Shown here piece by piece: positions 25,401-36,779 of a stretch of 64,000 nt of DNA (the first letter of the stretch is position 1; every line of letters starts with the position of its first letter). The notes below the pieces were generated by a model, which did no database searches, was not told where the DNA came from, and was given only the letters and a program-made list of their open reading frames with translations. The position numbers were made by a program, and so were the translations under genes. Source of the stretch: Anthoceros angustus (lineage: Eukaryota; Plantae; Anthocerotophyta); contig VJWM01000025.1 of the NCBI GenBank assembly GCA_010909165.1, positions 2,418,001 to 2,482,000 of the forward strand, given 5' to 3'.

Positions 25401-25651
25401 GGGGAAGAGAGAGAGGGTCCTTATTCTGATCATGTTGCAATTGCATGAGGAATTCATAAACAATGCATATGAGAGAGGGATGTAGTTAAGAGGGTGAAGT
25501 GGTAGGAGAGAGCAGTTCGTGTTAAGATTGTAGGCCCACTTGGGAAAGAAATGACAAACTTAATACCAAGCCTCCAAATGATGTTGCAAGTTAGAAGTGT
25601 AACATAAAATTGCAACAACGACTGTAACATAGGCTGCCCTTTCTAGTAGGG
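22482..25651. mobile_element. Non-autonomous CACTA/EnSpm-like DNA transposon with CCCTA termini and 3-bp TSD (ATA)
   Basis: The left end is ccctactagaaaagggcagtcatgttaca and the right end is tgtaacataggctgccctttctagtaggg (~28-bp imperfect TIR). ATA occurs at 22479-22481 and 25652-25654. Subterminal tgttgcaa/ttgcaaca repeats are present. There is no transposase ORF. Confidence 0.9.
23660..25200. repeat. Two long polypyrimidine (CCT/CT) tracts with a higher-order ~45-50-bp unit, inside the CACTA-like element
   Basis: ~23660-24530 and ~24745-25200 are almost purely C/T on the + strand, with a recurring ctctacctcggatccctctccccttttcctccttgcctct unit. Each tract follows a copy of the same module (~23377 and ~24531). 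Confidence 0.95.
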
Positions 25652-25691
25652 ATAGTAAGGTTAAGCACGCGTTCCCCATTCACGTAGAGAC

Positions 25692-25958
25692 TGATGAAAA
25701 TCATACACTAGGCTCTTGAGAAAGAGATTCTTATATGACAATTGATTTAATACAAAATACAAAGCCTATTTATAGGCAAGGTGGTTAGGAGGTTAGGTGG
25801 TTACAACCATAAGTAGTTGTAACCATCAAGTGATATAACTACCTAACCACTAACTACCTAGAGCAACTAACTAGTAACTACTTAATGCCCTAGGTAGATA
25901 AAGATGATTAAGTTAGGTACCCTAGTGAATAGTGCCCTAACCCTAATCTATTTCATTA
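25692..25958 (-). repeat. Copia 3' LTR (267 bp)
   Basis: tgatgaaaatc…ctatttcatta. Direct repeat of 33005-33272. Confidence 0.95.
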
Positions 25959-26269
25959 CTCCCACTCACTATGAGCGTGGGTGAGAGAACTACCATTAAA
26001 ATGAGGCCTAAAATGTCAATAGACTCCCACTAAATAACAAGCTATAAGCCTAAGAAAAGTAATCAAAAACTTAAGCTATGAAAAGAAAGCTGGAAATAAG
26101 TTTAAGAACCTAAACAAATTTTAAGAGAACTTAAACCAATTAATAAAACAAGTAATTAATGAAAATACGGTGAGGTACCGGGTACCCCATCACGTTAAAT
26201 CGTGGGCGGGCGCGATTATTGCCGCCCATCTTCAATTCCCGAGGGGCAGGAGCTCCAAACCACCGCAGG

Positions 26270-27735
26270 ATGGCAGGCCGCGACGCGAAACGCCGACGCG
26301 CGCCCGAAGCGGCGCGTCGCATCAGGCGCCAGTAGCGACGCCTGTGCAAAGTCGCCCGAGTCCACAAGCCCGGGCGGTGAATGCTCAACTCGAACACGCC
26401 ATGCGCAATTCCTTCACGACATGGTGGCGTTGGGCGGTGTACCTTTACACATCGCAAGCGTCCTTAGCGCTCGGTGTCGGGAACATCAAGCACGGACATC
26501 TTGCCGCCAAAGCTCGGGGTCTTCAATCATCTTGTAGACCTCCAAGAAATGAGAGAACGTTGATGGAGGAGGAAGGCCCGGTGATGGGGCCTCCCAGAGT
26601 GCCAGAGGTCGTATCCATCCCGGACCAAAATAGCTGTAAATTTTGATGCTGTTGCCTTAATGTTGTTCTTCTCTGCGGGTAAAAGGGTGTTAAGGGACAT
26701 AGCCCTTCCTCCACCGCCTCCCGTGGCAGTGAGGACAGAGAGCAAAACGGCCACGGATCTAGCTTCATTGTTCAAGCCTCCACCAATTGTGCATATCGAC
26801 GGATTCGGAAGATGATCCGGCATATGAAGATGACAAATTCCAAATTGATTCGGAGGAGATGGAGGTGTCAGCCGGTGCTGCCCACAAACTTGCAAAGTCA
26901 CCAATTGTTGAGCAGCACAGCCGCAGGAGCTTCTTGAAGGAAGTCCCTCATGGAGGTCGTGCGGTCGTCGGAAAAATTTCTTCATCCCGAGCACGAAAGC
27001 TTCAAAATGCGCCTCAAGTAAGTAGCTCCTGTCTGAAATTTCAGTCTGCAACATAAAACTGGACTGACATTTCCTCGTGGCTGACAGGATATGAAGAAAT
27101 TCTTAAGGAAGTGAGGATTGCGGATAGGAAAAGAGTGGACCAAAATAGGGAAACGAAAATAGGAGAAAAGAAAATATGTAAGAGCGTTTAGTAAAACTAA
27201 AAACAAAAAAACTCCTACTATATTATCCTATTTATATGGTTTGGTTTATTAACCTAAAACTAAATTGTATTTCCCCCTTTTTTAGGTTTAGACAAATGTA
27301 TTGGGACTGGAGGTATAAAGGTGGCGGTCGGTGAAGCCAAATTGGGAAAAGGAATACATATGAGATCCCGGATTCTCTATTGCCTAAAGCTGATCTAGCC
27401 AAAATGTGTATTTAATATGTCCTGGGATATTGAAAATGCGAAGCCCAGAGGAGTATACATGCCAACAAGCAGGCATTCATATGGTGTGGCTAGGCATAAG
27501 CCATGTGAGGAATATGAGGGGCACACAAAACACATCTATTGTGAGTGCCCTAAGTGCCACAATTAAAGCGCATTTAATTAGTGCAAAATCTAATTATTAT
27601 AAATTATTAAAACCTGATTACTTATATGTACTAGGTTCATTTTGGAAACTCAGCGAGGAGGATAGAGAATACAATGAGGACTGTGTAGAGATAGAGGAAG
27701 AACTTAATGAATTGGACAAAATACTTGACCTTTAG
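26270..27735 (+). CDS. Putative antisense, intron-containing accessory gene inside the Copia element (frameshifted in this assembly); product unknown
   Basis: GC-rich coding-like sequence from ~26270. The intron 27018-27285 (GTAAGT…ttcccccttttttag) joins ...HPEHESFKMRLK to FRQMYWDWRYKGG in frame. It has a His/Cys cluster RHKPCEEYEGHTKHIYCECPKCH and an acidic C-terminus ending at 27735, with AATAAA just downstream. Confidence 0.55.
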
Positions 27736-27799
27736 GAGATCTAAGCCTTTTTTTTTTTTTTAATGCCCAATAAAGTTTTTCTTCTTAATCAACCAAGGT

Positions 27800-30700
27800 T
27801 AGGGTGATTTAACATACACTATGCCTAAACTTCTCATGTGTTTGTTTTGTAAATCTTGTCCTAAAGACTTAGTTAGGATATCATTTTGGGTTCTCATGGG
27901 TTTGGACATAACTTATGTTTATTGTCTTATTTTCTAGCATTTCTCGAATGTAGTGATATTCAACGGCTATATGCTTGGTCCGAGAGTGAAAGATGGGTTT
28001 CTAGCTAAGGCTATGGCTCACGGCTATCACTAAATAGAGTGGGATCATTCGAGGATGACCAAGTTCACTTAAAGCTAACGCTCCGGACAATATCCTTGGC
28101 GAGGTTAGGACTCTATATTCGGACTCGATTGAGAGGGCAATGGTTGGTTGTTTCTTACTTGACCATGATATGGGTGCTCCTCCCGAATAATATGTAACGG
28201 ATCACGGACTTGCGGGTATCGGGATCGGCATAATCGTTCGGCCGTCTTGCTAACCGGGATGCCGGGTCGATGCTTAAACATTAATCCAGTGTGCATAGTG
28301 CCTTTGAGATATCTAAATATTCGTTTGACGGATGCCCAATGTTCTCTTCCGATTTTCAAGAAATTGGGAACATGCACTAACTTGAAGGAGATGTCGGGTC
28401 TTGTAAAATTGCTTAAATAAATCAAGGTACCCACCATGTCTATAAGGGACCTAACATCTCTTGTTTTCCATGTCTTTGAGGGCTCATAGCTTTAGTGAGC
28501 AATGCCACTTGCAAATGGTGTAGTGGATGGCTTAGCATCTTCAAGTCCAAACTTGGCTAAGCTTTCTTTTATATACTTAGTTTGTACTAAGCTTAAAGTT
28601 TTGTTGCCTCTATCCCTTATAATATTAACCCCAAGGGCATAAGTCATCTCTCCTAAATCGGTCATTTCAAAATGACTTTTTAACCATGCCTTGGTTTCAG
28701 CTAAGAGAGAGAGTGAGGATGAGGCCATAAATAAGTCGTCAACATAGAGCAGGAGATATAGAAAATCACTACCTGATTTCAATATGTACATGCTAGCATC
28801 TGCTTGCTTTGTCGAAAGCCTCGGTTAACTAGCTTGACATGTATGACGTTCCATTCTTTGCTCGATTGCTTGAGCCATAAGGCATAATGAGTTTGCATAC
28901 CAAGTCTTCCTTTCCCTTGACCTCATAGCCCTCCGCTGTTTCATATAAATTTCTTCTTACGCCCATGAAGGTATCTTTGTTTTGGCGTCCATCATATGGA
29001 GGTGTAGGTCATATTGTGCGGTTAAGGCAAAGATCATTCTTAGGGAGGCAAACTTGGCAACGGTGCATAGGTGGCCGGTATGTAATCTAAACCGGTGTAC
29101 GGTAAACCCTCTTGCCACTAAGCGTGCCTTATATCTTTCTATGGAACCATCGCCCTTTCTTTTTATTTTGAATACCCACTTGCTAGTCACTATCTTTCTT
29201 CCCTTAGGTGGTTTCACTAATTCCCATGTAGAATTCTTGACTAATGAGTCGAATCTCTGACTACTTTCCACAAGTCTTTCTCGGAGAGGAAAATGCTTGT
29301 TTTAAGGTAAGCGGCTCTTCGGGATCAACTGTGGCTTTGTATACAGCTTGATGATAAGGTGAAAAGGGAGAAACTGGATCATCTATGGTAGCAAGGTATC
29401 CAAGGGGTGGTTCCTTCCATTCTGCAGGTCCTGGAATGTTAGGTCTAGTTCTCAGGTTGTACCTCGAAGCAGGTTGTTGTTGTGGAATATTTTCTTCAAT
29501 GTCAACTTCCTCATGAGTGGGCTCTTGAGTTGGTGAGTCAGACTCATCTTCAGGCTCTTCGTCAATCTCGTCATCATGCACAATTCGTTCATTCTCGGGG
29601 ATAATGAAATCGTCCCTGAGATGATAGTCATCCTCCAAGTGGAGAGGTTCTTGTGTGTCGGGATCCGGTGTAGTAGGTCGGCGTGGAATATGTTCTATGA
29701 CTCCTCCTCCTCCTGCAGTAGGTTCAACAAAAGGAACGCGAGGAGGCGGATGAAGGGTGACATATTCATCATCATCAAAAGATGAGGACCCGTTTGCATC
29801 CGAAGGGAACATCGAGTGGCGGGAGCTCCCACCGAAGGGAAAGTAAAGGGGACTCATGAAAGTCACGCCTGGCATAGATAATTTTCCGTGGAAGGGTGGA
29901 ATAACTTATATCCTTTGATGCCTTAGTATAGCCAATGAAAGTATACTTGGCTGCCTTAGGTCTAACTTCTTGCGTTGTACTTTGGGTATAAAACATACGC
30001 AGTGATCCAAAAATCGAAGATGGTCAATGGAGGGCTTGCGACCAGTGAAAGCTTCATAAGGTGTCATACCTTGGACTGCAGAGGTGGGCAGTCGATTGAG
30101 GAGATACGTTGCTGTCATAATGGCCTCAGCCCAATAACTCTTGGATAGTTGGGCTTGGTGAGCAAGCAACGATGATCTCTTGTAGGCGTAAATTCTTATT
30201 CTCTGCGCCATTTTCTTTGAGGAGTGTGTACCACGGTGAGTTGCTGAGCTATTCCTTCAGCTCGGCAAAATCAGCAAAATTATTGGATGTAAACTCGCCA
30301 CCATTGTCGAGCAATGTTTTGAGTTTCTTATCCGTAAGTCGCTCTGCCCACATCATGTAATCCTTGAAAAACTGAAAGGCCTGGCTTTTGTGTCTCAGGA
30401 TATAGGTGAGGACAAAACGAGAGTAATCATCAATGAAGGTTAAAAAGTATATGCAACCACTAAATGAAGGGGCAGAAATGGGACCACAAATGTCTGTATG
30501 AACCAACTCAAGAGGTGCCTTAGCCCGCTGTGGAGATGGGTTATGAAAAGGAGCTTGGTGCTGTTTGGTGACAACACAAGCTTCACACCAAGACAGGGGT
30601 TCTATCTTGGAGAGGGAGGGTGTTCGATAAAAATTTCCCTTAGACATTTGGATCAGCTTCTGGCTATTAGGATGACCTAAACGGCAGTGCCAAAGCATAG

Positions 30701-31968
30701 TATGGGAGGAGGTGGCGAATTTTGGGAAGCTACATTGATGAGATGTGAGGACCCACTTGGTGAGAGTTTGTATAGTCCATCTTCTAGTGTACTGGCGGAT
30801 GGTGTGCGACTTACTTGATAGATAAGAAAGAAGACAAATATCGCTTGGAGGAGAATTTGCATGCTATGTTCGAACACAAACTAGCGGTGACACTAGGTTT
30901 TTACACATGGATGGTACATGGAGGACATGAGAGAGAGAGAACTTGGCACGAAGAGCATCGAGAACAAGCGAACCTACACGAGATTGTGAGGTTATGATCA
31001 TCGCCCATAGGACGGTTTGATGTCCTATAATGGTAAGACTCAAAAGAGTTTAAGTTGTGACAGATATGAGATGTAGCACCTGTCTAAATACCAATATTGG
31101 TTGAGGGCTTGGATGATGCCAAGCATACGGAGTCTTGATGGCGTTGCTGAGCTCTTTTCTTCACAGCAACATTTGCTCGAGGTAGCCTCCTTCTTGGGCT
31201 CGCCGTTCTTCTTCTTATGTGATCCTTCTCCATGTGATTGTATTGCACCAATTACAAATAACTCCAGCCTTCTTCTTACCTCTTGCGGTGTGGAAGAAGC
31301 GCGTTCTCCATCGGGAGAATTAGGATTTGGCCTAGGAGGAAAGGGTCTTCCGCGGCCTCGGCCACGCCCGCCCTCTTCCTCGCCTCGCCCCGTAAACATC
31401 ACCTGTAGATCGCGGATTCTCTTGTCGACGGCATCCTCTGTATAATGGCTCAATTAATTCATCAGCGCGATATCCGGTATTGGAGCCGATTGCATTCTTT
31501 TCTTTTCTGTGCGGCTCTAAGGACAGCATTTTGTGTTGTCACAAAGGACCTATAGGAGGGTGGTAAGGAGGCAAGGAGAGCAATAAAAGCTGCTTTCTCA
31601 GTAAGTTTCTCGTCAGATGATGCTTCGAAATTATTCTTAGCAACACGGAAAGCAATGATATGATGATCAATGGAATCATTCTCCTTCATTTTCAGGTTGT
31701 GGAGATGACGGGTAGCAGTCAATAAGCTCATCCCGTCTTTAGAGGCATATAATTGAGCTAGACGCTCCCACGTATTATGAGATGTGCCGGCTCCTGAAAC
31801 TTGGTGTACCATGAATTCGGTAAGACCTTGAAGAAGGATATCTCGGGCCCTTAAGTCCTTAGCGTCCCATTCTTCATGTTTATCTTCGTCCCAAAGGTGT
31901 CGGTCTCGGTTCCTCGACAATATTCCATAGGCCATGACTACGTAACACTCCTTGCTCGGTCTTGCCAT
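27800..31968 (-). CDS. Copia gag-pol polyprotein (many frameshifts)
   Basis: ORF pieces: 31462-31968 (gag), 30249-30698 and 29906-30211 (integrase), 28957-29271 and 28492-28791 (RT), and 28105-28437 onward (RT/RNase H). Confidence 0.9.
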
Positions 31969-33004
31969 ACATCATATCCTCTTCCATTGAATCTATCTTT
32001 CTCCATGAAGTTGTGTGCTTGAAACAAAGTGGTGGGCTTTGATTCGAATTAGCCACTTCTTCTTCTCCTTCTCTTTGAACTTTTCAAGTTCATCTTGCCA
32101 TTTGGCTCGCTCTTCTTGAGCCATACACACGGGCTTCAATATATCTTGCCTTCTTCGGCAATTTCTTTCTCGTCGAAGAAGTCTACCACCCGGACATTGC
32201 GGTGTGTTTATTGATGCGATTCGCTGCCGGCACGGCGACTTCCGCTTGTATTAGCGGAGGCGTGAGCAATTATAGCATTTCTTCAAAGGGAATCATGCAT
32301 AGTCATCAAAATCTGCAGCTTACAAGCAAGTGAGTTGGATCTATTGGCTCTTGGGAGGACTGGTTCATGAAGACCGTCGGTGATTGAATGTAATTGATCA
32401 GTTAGATAATTCAATCTATCATTAGTAGCAGTATGAAGAATTCTGGCTTCTGCTCTAATGGAGTCAAGAGATCGCTGCAGATGATCTGGGTTAGGAGTGA
32501 AGACCTTTGGCCTATGCTTAATGTACTTAAAAATAGCTGACTCAATGGCGCTAGATTGCAAAAGGTCAAAGGAAGTTAGGAGATCTTTGCGAGCGTGATT
32601 TATGTTACCTACTCTATCTCCAGACTTAGAAACAAGGGCTTCTATGAGACGACACACTTGTGCTTCAACGACATCAATTTCAGGAGCGTTGAGATCAAAG
32701 TTTTCCTCCTGAATTGCAAATAGTCTGGGTTGTTGTTGTCTCTTATTCTTCGAAGCCTTGATCTTTCTCCTATACTCTTGTTTGCTGGGATTGATACAAT
32801 CCATGGAGGGCAAACAAGAGGTGAATCACAAAAGTGCATCATTAACGTGTGCTCCACTCAAGTTGGTTGCTATTCAAAGCGAGGTCTCCATGCTCCATGA
32901 TCTTATTTGGAAAAGCTAAAGATGCGAGATGCATTGAGGAGAGAGGAGCCTTGAGAAAAGCAAGCAAGAGTGCTCAAGCACAAGGAGCGGTGTGCTCGAT
33001 ACCA

Positions 33005-33272
33005 TGATGAAAATCATACACTAGGCTCTTGAGAAAGAGATTCTTATATGACAATTGATTTAATACAAAATACAAAGCCTATTTATAGGCAAGGTGGTTA
33101 GGAGGTTAGGTGGTTACAACCATAAGTAGTTGTAACCATCAAGTAGTTATAACTACCTAACCACTAACTACCTAGAGCAAGGAACTAGTAACTACTTAAT
33201 GCCCTAGGTAGATAAAGATGATTAAGTTAGGTACCCTAGTGAATAGTGCCCTAACCCTAATCTATTTCATTA
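33005..33272 (-). repeat. Copia 5' LTR (268 bp)
   Basis: Immediately adjacent to the PBS. Differs from the 3' LTR at only two short patches. Confidence 0.95.
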
Positions 33273-35379
33273 GAGACCAGGAACATAAGATTCCTCATCC
33301 ATGCGCTGCAACATAATATGGCCTCCTGCTGCAGATGAGGTGCTTACCCCCTCCTCCCGTGGACTACCCCTGACCGCCTGAACCATGCCCTCGAAGGATG
33401 CCACGTCGCCTCCTGTTGTGCCGCTCATGGTTGCCTCAAAGGTGGGTTCTCCAACGTCGGTGGGGATTTCCGCTAGGTACCCTGGTAGTATACTCCACGA
33501 CAGTCGCCTGTTCCACAACCATGGTAGGGGTTTACTTCATGATGGTCTCTCCCTTCATTCGGTAGTGGCTTCCACTACCTCGTGGGCGTGCTCCTCTTCC
33601 CTTCCCTTCTCCTTCCCGACTCGGCCCGCCTCGTCCCGTTCCCCCTTACGCCAACTTAGGACCTTCTCCACAGAGGCTACCTCTTGCTCTTGGGCCCACA
33701 ACAGTTCTCCCTGCATCTCCTGATTTGCTTCATGGGTATCCTTAATCTGAGCCATGAGCGATTCCTGCTGACTCGTCATGGACTGTAACTCCTCCCGGGC
33801 CCTGCGTAAATCCTCCTGGATTTTGATCCTCACCTCCTCCAGCGCCTGCTTGTCTTCCTCCAACTGTTTTCGCCTAGCCTCCTCCTCATCGAATTTAGCC
33901 TTCACCACTTCCTCTCGTCCCCCGCACCCAGCCGGGCCATGATGGTGACATGTCAACAGGCCCGATCATGGGCGCCAACTCCCCAGATCCACTTGTTGAG
34001 GAGGGGCCGCGCCGGACGCCATTCCCCTGTCAAGCACCCTTTTTCCTAGCAAGGTGCGTACTCGAACTATCTCCGCCACATCGACCTTAGTCGCCAAGGG
34101 AGCCCCCTTGAAAATTTCTTCCCACCCAGGTAAGGGTTCCATTGCTAGGGCCAACCCTAATTCTTCCGGGGCATGTTCATCACCTACATCCAGGTCAGCA
34201 AAATTGTCCTCCTCGGGTCGTGCCTCTTCATCTGACAAGTCAATCCGTCGCTTTGCCTTCATCTTCTTCGCCTTCTCCTGCAGTGCGACCCTTGCCTTCG
34301 ACCTGGTGACGCGCGTGTCTACCTTTCCTTTCTTTGTTGGGCCTCGCCTGACTTCCTCGGCCTTCCTTTTCTTGTCTGTGGTGACCTTCCTTTCTTCTCC
34401 AGAGCTTCCTGTTGCCGCAGACTCCCAGCTGCCAGATTCCTCCTCTATTTCTTCCTTGGGCTCTTCCGCTTTCCACTTCACCTCCCTAACTGGCTTCCAC
34501 ATGTGGAGGGAAGCCACAATCTCTACCTCAGGCAAACAGTTAGAGTGCGCATACGGGGCAGAGGCGAAATTAAGGAGGCGAGGGAAGGTCAGGTTCAGCC
34601 TCTCCTCACACAGCTTGTCAAAAATAATCCTGCCTCAATCGATCCTTGTACCCTTGACAACCTCATGGAGAAAAAGCAACAAATAGTCAGAAAAATAATC
34701 CTGCTTCTTGTGCAGCAGGAAACAAAGGAGCCATCTGGCCAGACCCATAAGCTGCGCAGAGACCATTTCTCGGGTCAACCGTCAATGGGGTTCTCGAATT
34801 ACTCCTGTCTTAACAAGAGCCGCTGCCGCTGCCGTCGTGCTCCTCTTTCGGGAGGGCTCAATTACCAATCCTCCCACTTCCTCCTCGCTGCGCCCATACA
34901 CCTCCCTGACCAACTCCACATCCCAATCCTGTGGCCTCGCTCTGATTCCTTCTCCTGGTGACTTAGCCTTCAGCTGGCGAGCACACTCCTGCACCAGACT
35001 TGGGCTCACATAGTTCCACCGTTTCTCCATGAACCCGAGTCCCATCTCCCTCACCAATTCCCCAGCTCGGACCCTCCAATGGTCCATATTGGGCCATTGG
35101 GCAGTCGAAATTTCCGGTGCGGCCTTGGGCGCCATGCTCCTACAAAAACCTCACTGCCCACGGTGCCTCGAACTGCTGATAGCTCGCCTCAGCCACTCCC
35201 AACTTGGTCAGTAATCCAGGGTTCCTACCTCCCCAGACTCGCTAGCTTCCCGCCGCCACCAGGGCCTTCCTTTCACAGCCTTGCGCCGAGCTCGTGCCCT
35301 GCCAAGAATGGTCAGGAGGTCAGGAGGTCAGGAGGTCACGAGGTCATGATGCCAGGAATTCAACTGCTACCTATTGCAT

Positions 35380-36436
35380 GATTATCAACGGCTGTACAGT
35401 CTCGTGGGCTTGCAAGAAGATGAAGACCATCTGCACCTCCTCTACTGAAGCCGAGTGCGCAGCAACAACTCTAGCAGCCAAGGAGATCTTGTGGATTCGG
35501 CAGTTCCTGCATGACATCGACGAGAAGCAAGATCAGGCAACCTGGCTGCACTTCCACAACCAATCCACGATAGCTATGACTCATAACCCAGTGCTGCACG
35601 CGAGGACCAAGCATGTGGAGATCCAACACCACTTTATTCGACAAGTGGTAGCCAAAAAGCAAATCTCACTCTGTTACATCAACACAAGTGATAATACTGT
35701 CGACCTGCTGACCAAGGGGCTTCCCAAGGCGCTTCATGACAAGCACATTGAAGGTATCGGGCTGGTAGATAGAGAAACTTATCTCGGGCTTCTCAGCACA
35801 GCTCCAAGCAGTCGTCAGGAGAAAGGGGGAGCTCCCTGGCTCGCTCGACCCAGCACTACTTATGCCGACAGCGGAGCCCATCATCCAGCCACTAGTCAGG
35901 GAGAGGCTGAGCTGCAGCCAGCTTCAGCCACGCCCTCAACTTCAGCTCCTCTTTGCCGCTGCTTCGACCTGGACTCTTCCCAACTCTGGCTTTCACCGCT
36001 CTGCGTTTGGGTACTCCTCCTTGCTCGAGACTTTCAATCTTTCTACTCACTGCCTGGATTATGTGACTCGCAAGTTGGAGAAGCCACCAGAGAGTGGTAA
36101 GTACACTCAGGACCAGATTCAAGGAGGTGTGAGAGATGGAGGCCATGGACGGCCACGAGGATCCGTGGGGAGGGGCAGCCGCATCCGCCACGGATCGGGG
36201 TTTTAGCGCGAGGGTTCTGCACCCCACTGGCTAGCAGACTTTAGGGTACTTTTCGTGCTTAGGGGCATAAGTGACTAGTTATCATAGTGGTTGGTATGGT
36301 TATCATTCATAACCGTACGAACAGTTACAGAACCAACTCCTGTACAATATAAGAACAAGTTCGTGTATCTGTAAATTATCTATTCGTATGCATTGCCAGT
36401 ATCTTGTGACAGCGTTAGTGTTCAACCTTGTCTCTA
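35380..36436 (+). mobile_element. Ty1/copia fragment: RNase H domain, probable PPT (~36121-36127) and probable 3' LTR (~36128-36436)
   Basis: VSWACKK…SSTEAE…NPVLHARTKHVEIQHHFIR…DLLTKGL is the copia RNase H signature. LTR boundaries are uncertain. Confidence 0.75.
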
Positions 36437-36779
36437 GGAGAATCGATGGAGCACTCCAGCAATGCTAAAAATCTCAGTATAGGCAGGCCTTTGATCAGTT
36501 ATTGGACGCATCATAGCTCCCAAGGCCTGCTCCTACATGGTGTTCGACGTGAAGGCGAGTGTTTCTATCCGATGTTGCTGACTACGCCCGCTTCCTAGGC
36601 TTGGGAAACCAGGAATACTTGTAACCTAGGAGAACAAGGATTTCAGTTCTTCTTCAAGTCTCACCTGTTTAATCAAGTCTGTCGCAGTCGTTGGATTCAC
36701 AAGCTACTACGTAGTAGCTGTTCGTATTTGCTGATTACAACACCATGGATGTCATGTCAGCTGCATATGTCCGTTGTAC

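Larger units (their letters stand above)
25692..33272 (-). mobile_element. Full-length Ty1/copia LTR retrotransposon (7,581 bp), recent insertion, 5-bp TSD GAGAC
   Basis: Near-identical LTRs lie at 25692-25958 and 33005-33272, with GAGAC at 25687-25691 and 33273-33277. The PBS is tggtatcgagc (33004-32994, tRNA-iMet-like) and the PPT is at 25959-25970. Domain order is gag (UBN2-like), protease, GAG-pre-integrase/integrase (LWHCRLGH, LELVHTDICGP), RT (YKARLVARGF, LLYVDD), RNase H (HSRTKHI), i.e. copia order. Confidence 0.96.
22091..35135 (-). pseudogene. Long retrotransposon accessory-type ORF (charged, coiled-coil) split by two younger insertions; pieces 35135-33273, 25686-25652, 22478-22091
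   Basis: Removing the Copia element and the CCCTA element (one TSD each) gives the in-frame join ...EESYVPGL|YVNGERVLNLTI|HVRVGIGGTRAYLLQ.... Upstream parts are ORFs 34782-35135, 33966-34535, 33555-33956 and 33270-33518, separated by frameshifts or stops. Confidence 0.7.

Noticed and set aside
35311-35348. (GTCAGGAG)n 8-bp tandem at a TE-TE junction
   Set aside because: A short slippage repeat with no evidence of function.
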